IMG/VR virus record: IMGVR_UViG_2802429241_000004
Direction: 5' to 3' (one strand)
DNA length: 33,994 nucleotides
Origin: a virus
Lineage: Duplodnaviria; Heunggongvirae; Uroviricota; Caudoviricetes
The stretch's first letter is position 1. Each line of letters opens with the position of its first letter. Below, one piece after another: positions 19,239 to 27,813 of this stretch. The position numbers were made by a program, and so were the translations under genes. The notes beneath the pieces are model-generated. The model was given only the letters and a program-made list of their open reading frames with translations. It did no database searches and was not told the DNA's origin.

Positions 19239-19982
19239 TTAACTGGCTTTCTTTTTCGGGCGTCCACGTTTTGCCGGTGTCGCACTCCGGGTCTTACGCG
19301 TGGCACGGGTGGCCGCTTTGGGTTGCGGCTCCGGCTTCGGTTTCAGCTCCCGCTCCAGTCGTTCAATCTCTTTTTTGACGCCTGCCTGACAGTCGAGCTG
19401 TGTCGCACGTTGCAGGTGCGCCAGCGCACCGGCGGCATCACCAGCGTCACGCAGAAACAGACCGGTGATTTTGTGCAGCTTTGCGCGCACTTCATCAGGC
19501 ATGTCAGCCGTGGCGGTCAGTTCAAGGGTCTCCGTCAGCAGGCGGGTATCCACGGACTCACCGGCAGCGTGAGCGCGCATGGCCGCAAGCGCCACCTCCT
19601 CGGTGAACATGTACGGCGGGGTACGGCGGTGTTTACCCGGCATGGTCAGACTGTACTTCAGGGCATAACGGGCAATCTCCAGCGCACCGCCAATATCGCC
19701 GGTATCCAGACGCCACAGCATGACTGTCATCAGAATGTCATCCTGTGCGCCTTTGCCCTGCTCCAGCACGCCGTTCACCCACGGCAACCAGAACGGCAGC
19801 AGTTCGCGTTTTTTCGCGGCCTTCAGCTCTTTTGAATAAATCGCTTTCAGTGTGCGCTGGTCTGCGGCCAGCTTGACCAGCATCTGCTCATAAACAGTTG
19901 CATGTCGCAGCGGGGCGGCTTCCCGCTGCGCGGTCATCGCTGCCGAGACCCGCATCATGTGGCGCTGTGCGGGACTCGTCAT
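19239..19982 (-). CDS. M: terminase small (endonuclease) subunit M
   Basis: 247-aa protein between N and L, as in P2. Confidence 0.8.
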   Translation of the reverse strand: MTSPAQRHMMRVSAAMTAQREAAPLRHATVYEQMLVKLAADQRTLKAIYSKELKAAKKRELLPFWLPWVNGVLEQGKGAQDDILMTVMLWRLDTGDIGGALEIARYALKYSLTMPGKHRRTPPYMFTEEVALAAMRAHAAGESVDTRLLTETLELTATADMPDEVRAKLHKITGLFLRDAGDAAGALAHLQRATQLDCQAGVKKEIERLERELKPKPEPQPKAATRATRKTRSATPAKRGRPKKKAS

Positions 19983-19985
19983 CGG

Positions 19986-21059
19986 TTACGCTCCCGGCTC
20001 TGCGGTCGCCTTAGCCGGTGTGGAGAAATCACCGACCTTAATTTTTTCCACCAGACAACCGGCGGCGTAGTCTTCCACCACGTAATCAATGTTCATTGAC
20101 TCGTAGTTCTCCACGCGGTCGAGTTTCGGGTTTTCCTCAATCACGCGGCGATGGCTGTCATCCATGTAGTAGATGGACAGGTTTTCCAGCTTCGTGATGA
20201 GCATCGCATCCGCCGGAAAGTACGGGACGCGTACCGCCGGCAGGTTACCGATGCGTTTCTGGCTGATAATGACGTCAGCGGCCAGCATTTCGCTGTTGTC
20301 CTGCTCCTTGTTGACGATGGGGAAATATTTGTCCGCCAGCAGCTGACGCCCCACAATCACCACAAGGTCAGGGTCTTCCTGATACCACGGCTCAATCAGG
20401 TTGTTGGTCGCATCCATCACCAGTGCATCGAGGCTGGCATAATCACCGCCCTTACCCACGCGGATGACCTCAGAGGTGGTGTGCCCTTCCTCGTCAGTGA
20501 CCTTGCTCATCACGCGCGCCGGGGCTTCATTGCGGTATTTCTGCAGCCAGCCGACCGCCACATCCTGCAGCATCGGATTGCTGCTGCGGTCAGAGGTTTC
20601 GGCACGCTTCACGCCGTTAAAACCGGCCATGATGAAATCAAGGGACTGGCGTTTGATAATGGCGTTACGGATACGGAGCTGGAAATCCTGATAACGCGCC
20701 CACAGGTCAAGCGTTTTGTAGCGGATATAAAAATCGAAGTTAATCTGGTCGCATTCGTACTTGTTAGACGCCAGCTTAGAGAAGTCCTTCGGCTGACGCT
20801 CGGTGCCACCGGCGGTGTCGGTGGTGCTGGCGATGGAGCCGGTGACACCGATACCAATTTTTTCCCCTTTCATTTCGCTGACCGGCACAATGTTGATGCG
20901 GGTCAGAAAGTCAGAAGACTCCTGCATGGTGTTCATCAGGGTCTGGGTGACCGACGGTTCAACGGTGAATTTTTTCGACACATCACCGGCGTCGATGCCG
21001 TTCAGTTCGGCAACACGGGACAGGTAGGCATTAAATTTAAAGCGGGTTTCCTGGCGCAT
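19986..21059 (-). CDS. N: major capsid protein N
   Basis: 357-aa protein between O and M, as in P2. Confidence 0.85.
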   Translation of the reverse strand: MRQETRFKFNAYLSRVAELNGIDAGDVSKKFTVEPSVTQTLMNTMQESSDFLTRINIVPVSEMKGEKIGIGVTGSIASTTDTAGGTERQPKDFSKLASNKYECDQINFDFYIRYKTLDLWARYQDFQLRIRNAIIKRQSLDFIMAGFNGVKRAETSDRSSNPMLQDVAVGWLQKYRNEAPARVMSKVTDEEGHTTSEVIRVGKGGDYASLDALVMDATNNLIEPWYQEDPDLVVIVGRQLLADKYFPIVNKEQDNSEMLAADVIISQKRIGNLPAVRVPYFPADAMLITKLENLSIYYMDDSHRRVIEENPKLDRVENYESMNIDYVVEDYAAGCLVEKIKVGDFSTPAKATAEPGA

Positions 21060-21117
21060 AGTTTTTCCTGAAATTAAGGGTTAATCGTGAAGGTTTTCCC
21101 GGACTGACTGACGCCGG

Positions 21118-21972
21118 TCAGCAGTTCGTCATCAGGGCGTCACCGCCACCACCGGTGGCCTTGCTGCGGCGCTGCTGGGTCAGACTTTCGGTGTGGTCGA
21201 GACTGTTTTTCAGGCGGGTGAATGCCTGGCTGGTTTCATCCGCCCTGTCAGTCACCTCCTGCTTAAGTGCGGAAAAGGCGGTTTCCACCTCAGCGAGGCG
21301 CTGCTCAGTGGCGCTCAGTTTTTCCTGCACATGTTCAGCAACAGCGGTCACCGCTTCATGCACGTCATTCAGACGGGCGTCATCGCTGGCCTGTTTGCGG
21401 CCAAAAATGGATTTCACCTTTTCGGTCAGGGCGGTGAACACGGTTTCAGGCAGGTCTTCAAATTCCAGCTCAACAGGCGTTGCCACTGAAATCAGGTTTT
21501 CAGGGCTTAATTTGAAGCGGTTCAGGGGGTTGAGTTTTGCCGTGCGGCAGAATTCCAGGTATTCCGTGCCGAGGCTTGCCGGGTCATCGGTGACGGCCAG
21601 ACCCACCAGATAACATTTGCCGGTGTTGGCAAAGTTCGGCTGAATTTCCATTGAGGTATAGACCTTCTGCGCGGCCTTGTTCATCGCGATAAGGTCATCG
21701 GTCGGGGTGATTTTCGCAAACAGCGCCCATTTGCCTTTCAGCGCCGAATCATCGTCAATCTTTTCGGCCTTCAGTTCGACCACATCGCCATAACGCTTAA
21801 AAATGCCGTCAGGCAGGATGCCGCGCAGATGTTCCAGGTTAATGCGGCAACCATAGACGCGCGGGTCAAAGGTTTCGGCCATTTCCTGAATATCCTGCGC
21901 ACTGATGACACGCCCGTCACAGGTGTCACCCTCAACGCCGATACGAAAGAATTTTGAGACTTTTTTTGCCAT
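21118..21972 (-). CDS. O: capsid scaffolding protein O (284 aa)
   Basis: Start at internal Met MAKKVSKFFRIGVEGDT (ATG at 21970-21972); divergent from P as in P2. Confidence 0.8.
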   Translation of the reverse strand: MAKKVSKFFRIGVEGDTCDGRVISAQDIQEMAETFDPRVYGCRINLEHLRGILPDGIFKRYGDVVELKAEKIDDDSALKGKWALFAKITPTDDLIAMNKAAQKVYTSMEIQPNFANTGKCYLVGLAVTDDPASLGTEYLEFCRTAKLNPLNRFKLSPENLISVATPVELEFEDLPETVFTALTEKVKSIFGRKQASDDARLNDVHEAVTAVAEHVQEKLSATEQRLAEVETAFSALKQEVTDRADETSQAFTRLKNSLDHTESLTQQRRSKATGGGGDALMTNC

Positions 21973-22145
21973 TGTCAGGAGTCCTGAATAGTGATTAGAG
22001 GAGTCACATGTCGGCATCAGTTTCCCGACGATACGCATCCTCCGCCATCAGTCCCGGATGGCTTATCACTGACACAACAGCACCTTAGCGAATCGCGGGG
22101 CGCGACTCAGTAGCCTTGCCGTGTATTCATCACGGCGAGGTATTC

Positions 22146-23918
22146 ATGACCATCACCACAGACACCACTCTTTTACACGACCCGCGTCGTCAGGCGGCGC
22201 TGCTGTACTGGCAGGGATTTTCCGTGCCGCAGATTGCCGCCATGTTGCAGATGAAACGCCCGACGGTGCAGAGCTGGAAACAGCGCGACGGCTGGGACAG
22301 CGTTGCCCCCATCAGCCGTGTCGAAATGAGTCTGGAAGCGCGACTGACCCAGCTCATCATCAAACCGCAGAAAACCGGCGGTGACTTCAAGGAAATTGAC
22401 CTGCTGGGACGCCAGATTGAACGACTGGCGCGGGTAAATCGTTACAGCCAGACCGGCAACGAGGCAGACCTTAATCCGAACGTCGCTAACCGCAACAAAG
22501 GCGGGCGGCGCAAACCGAAAAAAAATTTTTTCAGTGACGAGGCCATCGAAAAGCTGGAGCAGATTTTCTTTGAGCAGTCTTTCGACTATCAGTTGCACTG
22601 GTATCGCGCCGGGCTTGAGCACCGCATCCGCGATATCCTGAAATCCCGCCAGATTGGCGCGACGTTTTATTTTTCCCGCGAGGCGCTGCTGCGCGCCCTG
22701 AAAACCGGTCATAACCAGATTTTTCTGTCGGCCAGTAAAACGCAGGCGTATGTGTTCCGCGAATACATCATCGCCTTTGCCCGTCTGGTTGACGTTGACC
22801 TGACCGGTGACCCGATTGTCCTGGGCAATAACGGCGCAAAACTGATTTTTCTCGGCACCAACTCCAACACCGCACAGAGCCATAACGGCGACCTGTACGT
22901 CGACGAGATTTTCTGGATCCCGAATTTTCAGGTACTGCGTAAGGTGGCATCAGGTATGGCCTCACAGAGCCACCTGCGCTCGACCTATTTCTCCACCCCG
23001 TCCACGCTGGCGCACGACGCCTACCCGTTCTGGTCGGGTGAACTGTTTAACCGGGGACGCGCCAGCGCCGCCGAACGCGTGGAAATCGACGTCAGTCATA
23101 ACGCCCTTGCCGGTGGGCTTCTCTGTGCGGACGGCCAGTGGCGGCAGATTGTCACCATTGAGGACGCCCTGAAAGGCGGCTGCACGCTGTTCGACATTGA
23201 GCAGCTCAAACGTGAAAACAGCGCCGACGATTTTAAAAACCTGTTCATGTGTGAATTTGTTGACGACAAGGCGTCGGTGTTCCCGTTCGAGGAGCTGCAA
23301 CGCTGCATGGTCGACACGCTGGAAGAATGGGAAGACTATGCGCCGTTTGCCGCCAATCCGTTCGGCTCACGTCCGGTATGGATTGGTTACGACCCGTCAC
23401 ACCGTGGCGACAGCGCCGGATGCGTGGTGCTGGCACCGCCGGTGGTGGCCGGTGGCAAATTCAGAATACTTGAGCGTCACCAGTGGAAAGGCATGGACTT
23501 TGCCACTCAGGCTGAATCCATCCGCAAACTCACCGGAAAATACAACGTCGAATACATCGGTATTGATGCCACCGGCCTCGGTGTCGGCGTGTTCCAGCTC
23601 GTGCGCTCGTTCTATCCCGCCGCGCGCGACATCCGCTACACGCCGGAAATGAAAACCGCAATGGTGCTCAAGGCAAAAGACGTTATCCGCCGTGGCTGTC
23701 TGGAATATGACGTCAGCGCCACCGACATCACCAGCTCGTTTATGGCTATCCGCAAGACCATGACCAGCAGCGGACGCAGCGCCACCTATGAGGCCAGCCG
23801 CAGCGAGGAAGCCAGCCACGCCGACCTCGCCTGGGCAACCATGCACGCCCTGTTAAATGAGCCACTCACCGCCGGTATCAGCACTCCGCTGACATCCACC
23901 ATTCTGGAGTTTTACTGA
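22146..23918 (+). CDS. P: terminase large (ATPase) subunit P (590 aa)
   Basis: Start at MTITTDTTLLHDPRRQAALLYWQG (ATG at 22146); plus-strand, divergent from O as in P2. Confidence 0.85.
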   Translation: MTITTDTTLLHDPRRQAALLYWQGFSVPQIAAMLQMKRPTVQSWKQRDGWDSVAPISRVEMSLEARLTQLIIKPQKTGGDFKEIDLLGRQIERLARVNRYSQTGNEADLNPNVANRNKGGRRKPKKNFFSDEAIEKLEQIFFEQSFDYQLHWYRAGLEHRIRDILKSRQIGATFYFSREALLRALKTGHNQIFLSASKTQAYVFREYIIAFARLVDVDLTGDPIVLGNNGAKLIFLGTNSNTAQSHNGDLYVDEIFWIPNFQVLRKVASGMASQSHLRSTYFSTPSTLAHDAYPFWSGELFNRGRASAAERVEIDVSHNALAGGLLCADGQWRQIVTIEDALKGGCTLFDIEQLKRENSADDFKNLFMCEFVDDKASVFPFEELQRCMVDTLEEWEDYAPFAANPFGSRPVWIGYDPSHRGDSAGCVVLAPPVVAGGKFRILERHQWKGMDFATQAESIRKLTGKYNVEYIGIDATGLGVGVFQLVRSFYPAARDIRYTPEMKTAMVLKAKDVIRRGCLEYDVSATDITSSFMAIRKTMTSSGRSATYEASRSEEASHADLAWATMHALLNEPLTAGISTPLTSTILEFY

Positions 23919-24952
23919 TGAGCAAGAAAAAAGGGAAAACACCGCGACCTGCGGCAAAAACAATCACCGCCAGCGCCCCGAAAATGGAGGCATTCACCTT
24001 TGGCGAGCCGGTGCCGGTACTCGACCGCCGTGACATTCTGGATTATGTCGAGTGCATCAGTAACGGCAGATGGTATGAGCCACCGGTCAGCTTTACCGGT
24101 CTGGCAAAAAGCCTGCGTGCTGCCGTGCATCACAGCTCACCGATTTACGTCAAACGTAATATTCTGGCCTCGACATTTATCCCGCATCCGTGGCTTTCCC
24201 AGCAGGATTTCAGCCGCTTTGTGCTGGATTTTCTGGTGTTCGGTAATGCGTTTCTGGAAAAGCGTTACAGCACCACCGGTAAGGTCATCAGACTGGAAAC
24301 CTCACCGGCAAAATATACCCGCCGTGGCGTGGAGGAGGATGTTTACTGGTGGGTGCCGTCCTTCAACGAGCCGACAGCCTTCACGCCCGGCTCCGTGTTT
24401 CACCTGCTGGAGCCGGATATTAATCAGGAGCTGTACGGCCTGCCGGAATATCTCAGCGCCCTTAACTCTGCCTGGCTGAATGAGTCGGCCACGCTGTTCC
24501 GCCGCAAGTATTACGAAAACGGCGCTCATGCCGGATACATTATGTACGTCACCGATGCCGTGCAGGATCGCAACGATATCGAAATGCTTCGCGAAAACAT
24601 GGTCAAGTCGAAAGGCCGCAACAACTTTAAAAATCTGTTTCTCTATGCCCCACAGGGGAAAGCCGACGGTATTAAAATTATCCCCCTCAGTGAAGTGGCA
24701 ACGAAGGACGATTTTTTTAATATCAAAAAAGCCAGCGCCGCTGACCTGCTGGACGCGCACCGCATCCCCTTTCAGTTGATGGGCGGCAAGCCGGAGAACG
24801 TCGGATCGCTGGGTGATATTGAGAAAGTGGCAAAGGTCTTTGTCCGCAATGAGCTTATCCCGTTACAGGACAGGATTCGGGAAATAAACGACTGGCTCGG
24901 TCAGGAGGTCATCCGCTTTAAAAACTACTCACTGGACACTGACAACGGCTGA
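23918..24952 (+). CDS. Q: portal protein Q
   Basis: 344-aa protein starting MSKKKGKTPRPAAKT, overlapping the P stop (ATGA), last gene before cos. Confidence 0.85.
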   Translation: MSKKKGKTPRPAAKTITASAPKMEAFTFGEPVPVLDRRDILDYVECISNGRWYEPPVSFTGLAKSLRAAVHHSSPIYVKRNILASTFIPHPWLSQQDFSRFVLDFLVFGNAFLEKRYSTTGKVIRLETSPAKYTRRGVEEDVYWWVPSFNEPTAFTPGSVFHLLEPDINQELYGLPEYLSALNSAWLNESATLFRRKYYENGAHAGYIMYVTDAVQDRNDIEMLRENMVKSKGRNNFKNLFLYAPQGKADGIKIIPLSEVATKDDFFNIKKASAADLLDAHRIPFQLMGGKPENVGSLGDIEKVAKVFVRNELIPLQDRIREINDWLGQEVIRFKNYSLDTDNG

Positions 24953-24957
24953 ACATC

Positions 24958-24979
24958 GCCGCCTGCGGGCGGCTTTTTT
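24958..24979 (+). terminator. intrinsic terminator after Q (GCCGCC-tgcg-GGCGGC followed by T6)
   Basis: Perfect GC stem 24958-24973 followed by TTTTTT at 24974-24979, 6 bp after the Q stop. Confidence 0.7.
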
Positions 24980-25121
24980 ACACCCCGTCATCACGCCCTC
25001 ACACGCTCACCTCCACGCAAAACAGCCCGCAGACAAACCAACGCCCCGGCACACAATCTAAACGCCATCACGACGCGCTCAGACGCTGAAAAAATAAAAT
25101 CAGCACCACCGCCAGCGCGCA

Positions 25122-25140
25122 GTGCTTTCCCCGCCTCGCC
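25122..25140. other. cos cohesive-end site (19 nt)
   Basis: GTGCTTTCCCCGCCTCGCC is the reverse complement of the P2 cohesive end as I recall it (GGCGAGGCGGGGAAAGCAC); located just after Q as expected. Confidence 0.6.
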
Positions 25141-25289
25141 CGCCCGCTTCATGAAGCGGTTTGAATGCAGTTGTATACCGACGCAGACTTCCTGCCAGTT
25201 CTAGCTACTCATAACAAAAAAAAACATTACAGATGAATGCAAAATCATGCAACTAATGAAGGCGTACAGGCTAGGTGAGAAAATAAATG

Positions 25290-26090
25290 CTATTTCATCA
25301 GTCCTATAAAAGCTGCTGTCATGCTACCCAATGCACCAATAGCAGCAAATAACGTTGCCCAAAACATGCTTTTTTGGCTACGAATATTCTCATTATATCG
25401 TTGTTCTTCATTATTGAAGTGATTTAACGTATTAATTGCTTTTCCAGTGGGCTTATAACCATCTCGAGTCTTTGAAATGTCCCCACTCTCTACAAGGGAA
25501 TCCAGACATAAGCGAAGTTCTTTTATGAGTCGAGAATAATCATCATGGTAGATCCATAAACGTCCTGCCACATCATTCATAATTAGAGTCTCACTGAATG
25601 GTTTTTCCCCTTGCTGCTCTCGATAAATTCTGACAATTGCAGCCAATACCGTCATTACATCGGTTATCTCCTGCTTGCGTTGTCGATACAAATACTTCTC
25701 ACGACTTAGCTTTTTATTTTGACGATTCGCTATTCTTCTAAATCTAAGCACATTAAAAAAAGATAAGTCGTCCAATGAGTCAAACTTCAATTCATGCGCA
25801 TGATAATAATAAATTCCAGAAAAGGAATTTGATGTAAGTCGTTCTGGTTTAAGAATTGTATCAATATTGAAAGTTTTATTCTGATGATTCCACTTCTTAA
25901 CCTTTATAATTCCGTTTGAATAACTATCAAAAAGATAGTCATTACCCTCGTCATCCTTAATGTAAACGGAATACATATCGTAATGAATGGCACTCTCATA
26001 CATTAAACTAATTTTGCCATTTTCAGGAGTCTTCTTTGACTCAAAAACTTTTAGAAACTTTACAACATCAACTTTATTTTTATACCTCAT
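25290..26090 (-). CDS. hypothetical tail-anchored membrane protein (266 aa, single C-terminal TM helix); candidate effector of the RT system
   Basis: AT-rich ORF directly downstream of the RT gene on the same strand; C-terminus MFWATLFAAIGALGSMTAAFIGLMK is a predicted TM helix; N-terminal domain has no motif I recognise. Confidence 0.6.
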   Translation of the reverse strand: MRYKNKVDVVKFLKVFESKKTPENGKISLMYESAIHYDMYSVYIKDDEGNDYLFDSYSNGIIKVKKWNHQNKTFNIDTILKPERLTSNSFSGIYYYHAHELKFDSLDDLSFFNVLRFRRIANRQNKKLSREKYLYRQRKQEITDVMTVLAAIVRIYREQQGEKPFSETLIMNDVAGRLWIYHDDYSRLIKELRLCLDSLVESGDISKTRDGYKPTGKAINTLNHFNNEEQRYNENIRSQKSMFWATLFAAIGALGSMTAAFIGLMK

Positions 26091-26255
26091 ACATTCAGCC
26101 TTGACTGTAAACCACCATATTAAATTATTGCACTAACGACTCGTACCACTTATTGTTCAACCCAGTCAGAATTGAAAGCAAACTTCTGCACTAACTGGGT
26201 TACCATCATAATATATCGATACTAATAAAATCCGATATCATTATATTTTAGTGTA

Positions 26256-27206
26256 TTAAACCGATGTATTTGCTTTCAACGTCAATACTTTCGATCTGTA
26301 ACGTTTTTCAATAACCCCCATTGAATATAAACGACCAAATAATTTCTTTGCTGTTCTTGTATCTTTAGCTTGTTCTACATCTTTTATTATTTTCCAAAGC
26401 TCTATTTCTCTAGCCATAAGATAATGCTGTTCGTTCCTAACCTTTAAGCTATCCCCAAATACTATAACTCCTGTCACCAGTTTAGGCTTATCCCCAGCAT
26501 ATAATTTCGTTTTAGTTGGATGCATCACGTGTCCATGCTTATTAATAATCTTACGAATCACGCTGCAAAACAATCGATTTACATTATCTCCAGAAAAAGT
26601 AAGATCATCGACATAAACTGTCATTTTCACACGAAACTTCTCACAAAGTTGATTCATTTCATCAAACATTCTGGAATTTGCAAAATATGCTAATGGCATA
26701 CTAATCCGACTACCCGTTGGCAATCGTTCATGACAGGTACATATATGAGATAAAATATCAGCCACATCTGGCGACATTTTCATTATTGAGAAAAAGAAAG
26801 AAAATATCATTTCTCTTGTTGTTGACGGAAAAAAAGATTTAATATCTGTAGTCATCAACTTCTGATGATTGAGATGTGCTTTAGCATTTGTTATGTTAGA
26901 GCAACTTTTTTTACCAGAGTGCAAATACTCTGGCATAGCTATACGCAATAATAAACTCGCAATACGTGTATGCACTACATCTAATTTTTCTAAAGGCTTT
27001 TGTATTTTCCGTATTTTATTTTTTTTAGAAAGCTGTTCAAAAATAGAGTAATTACCCTCATCCCTCTTCAAAGCTGATAGATCATTGATACTAACGCAGA
27101 GCAAGCTAGCCAACTTTTTTTTACTTTTAAGTTTATAAAGTGGCGAATCCGTAATAGGATAAGATTTATTTTTAGTTGAAACCTTCAGTTTAATCCTTTT
27201 TTTCAT
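26256..27206 (-). CDS. retron-type reverse transcriptase (316 aa)
   Basis: RT motifs read directly from the translation: NAKAH (NAxxH), DIKSFFPS, LPTGSRISMPLAYFA (QG..SP block), YVDD catalytic box, LVTGVIV (retron VTG). Block order parallels the Ec86 RT as I recall it. Confidence 0.8.
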   Translation of the reverse strand: MKKRIKLKVSTKNKSYPITDSPLYKLKSKKKLASLLCVSINDLSALKRDEGNYSIFEQLSKKNKIRKIQKPLEKLDVVHTRIASLLLRIAMPEYLHSGKKSCSNITNAKAHLNHQKLMTTDIKSFFPSTTREMIFSFFFSIMKMSPDVADILSHICTCHERLPTGSRISMPLAYFANSRMFDEMNQLCEKFRVKMTVYVDDLTFSGDNVNRLFCSVIRKIINKHGHVMHPTKTKLYAGDKPKLVTGVIVFGDSLKVRNEQHYLMAREIELWKIIKDVEQAKDTRTAKKLFGRLYSMGVIEKRYRSKVLTLKANTSV

Positions 27207-27504
27207 TTCTTTTACTTACCCACTCTAGTATATCCAGAACTTTCCCTGCCAGTTTTAAACGTAAACTTTTGGATAACCGTCCTTGTGTCCCTAATGATTC
27301 TGAAAAAAAGACTAAAGAGGATACTGGCATGTCGAAATGGGAAGCATAACGCTGTAAAATATCAATCGACGGCACCCATAGTCCGCTTTCAATCTCTACT
27401 ATTCTGCTTTTTGGAATACCTAAAGATGATGATAAGTCAACTATTGATTCTTTATGGTATTGCCTTATTAAACGAAGGGCTTTATGCAACATAGGCAACT
27501 CCAT
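27190..27504 (-). CDS. XRE/Cro-type helix-turn-helix protein (104 aa)
   Basis: Classic HTH segment ESIVDLSSSLGIPKSRIVEIESGLWVPSIDILQRYASHFDMP; its stop overlaps the RT start by 17 nt. Confidence 0.65.
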   Translation of the reverse strand: MELPMLHKALRLIRQYHKESIVDLSSSLGIPKSRIVEIESGLWVPSIDILQRYASHFDMPVSSLVFFSESLGTQGRLSKSLRLKLAGKVLDILEWVSKRNEKKD

Positions 27505-27528
27505 CTTGTTGAAACTAGGGAGGACGCA

Positions 27529-27684
27529 TTACTCATCTCCCCCTTCAAAGAAGTCAACTGCGCGAGTGATCCAATAAAGTAGTCTAATAAGCCACTTAAT
27601 TACACCCCAAGCGTTAGGAGTCTTCTTTTTCCGGTTTAACTTGTTTTGCGCCTGCTGTTCGTTGGTTACTTTATCATTTTTCAT
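27529..27684 (-). CDS. small hypothetical protein (51 aa) with amphipathic or hydrophobic core
   Basis: Internal ATG at 27682-27684 preceded by a consensus AAGGAG Shine-Dalgarno with 6-nt spacer; product MKNDKVTNEQQAQNKLNRKKKTPNAWGVIKWLIRLLYWITRAVDFFEGGDE. The 97-aa upstream extension is less likely. Confidence 0.4.
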   Translation of the reverse strand: MKNDKVTNEQQAQNKLNRKKKTPNAWGVIKWLIRLLYWITRAVDFFEGGDE

Positions 27685-27786
27685 GACCTGCTCCTTATGT
27701 CCACGGTGTGCAAACGATATGTCTGCTCCAACACCATGGCTCGCCCTCATAAGGATGAGATTGAACAGCACCAGCTCCCTGCTCCA

Positions 27787-27813
27787 CGAACCCTTTGTCG
27801 CCCAAAGGGTTCG
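27787..27813 (-). other. stable hairpin (11-bp perfect stem CGAACCCTTTG / CAAAGGGTTCG, 5-nt loop) within a locally GC-richer structured segment; possible ncRNA element
   Basis: Perfect inverted repeat read directly from the sequence; no flanking T-tract on either strand, so it is not a simple terminator. Confidence 0.35.

Noticed and set aside
20151-21071. 306-aa plus-strand ORF covering the major capsid gene N
   Set aside because: Antisense shadow ORF of N; the minus-strand frame is the P2 capsid protein.
22173-22883. 236-aa minus-strand ORF inside terminase gene P
   Set aside because: Antisense to the P terminase large subunit, which is complete in the plus frame.
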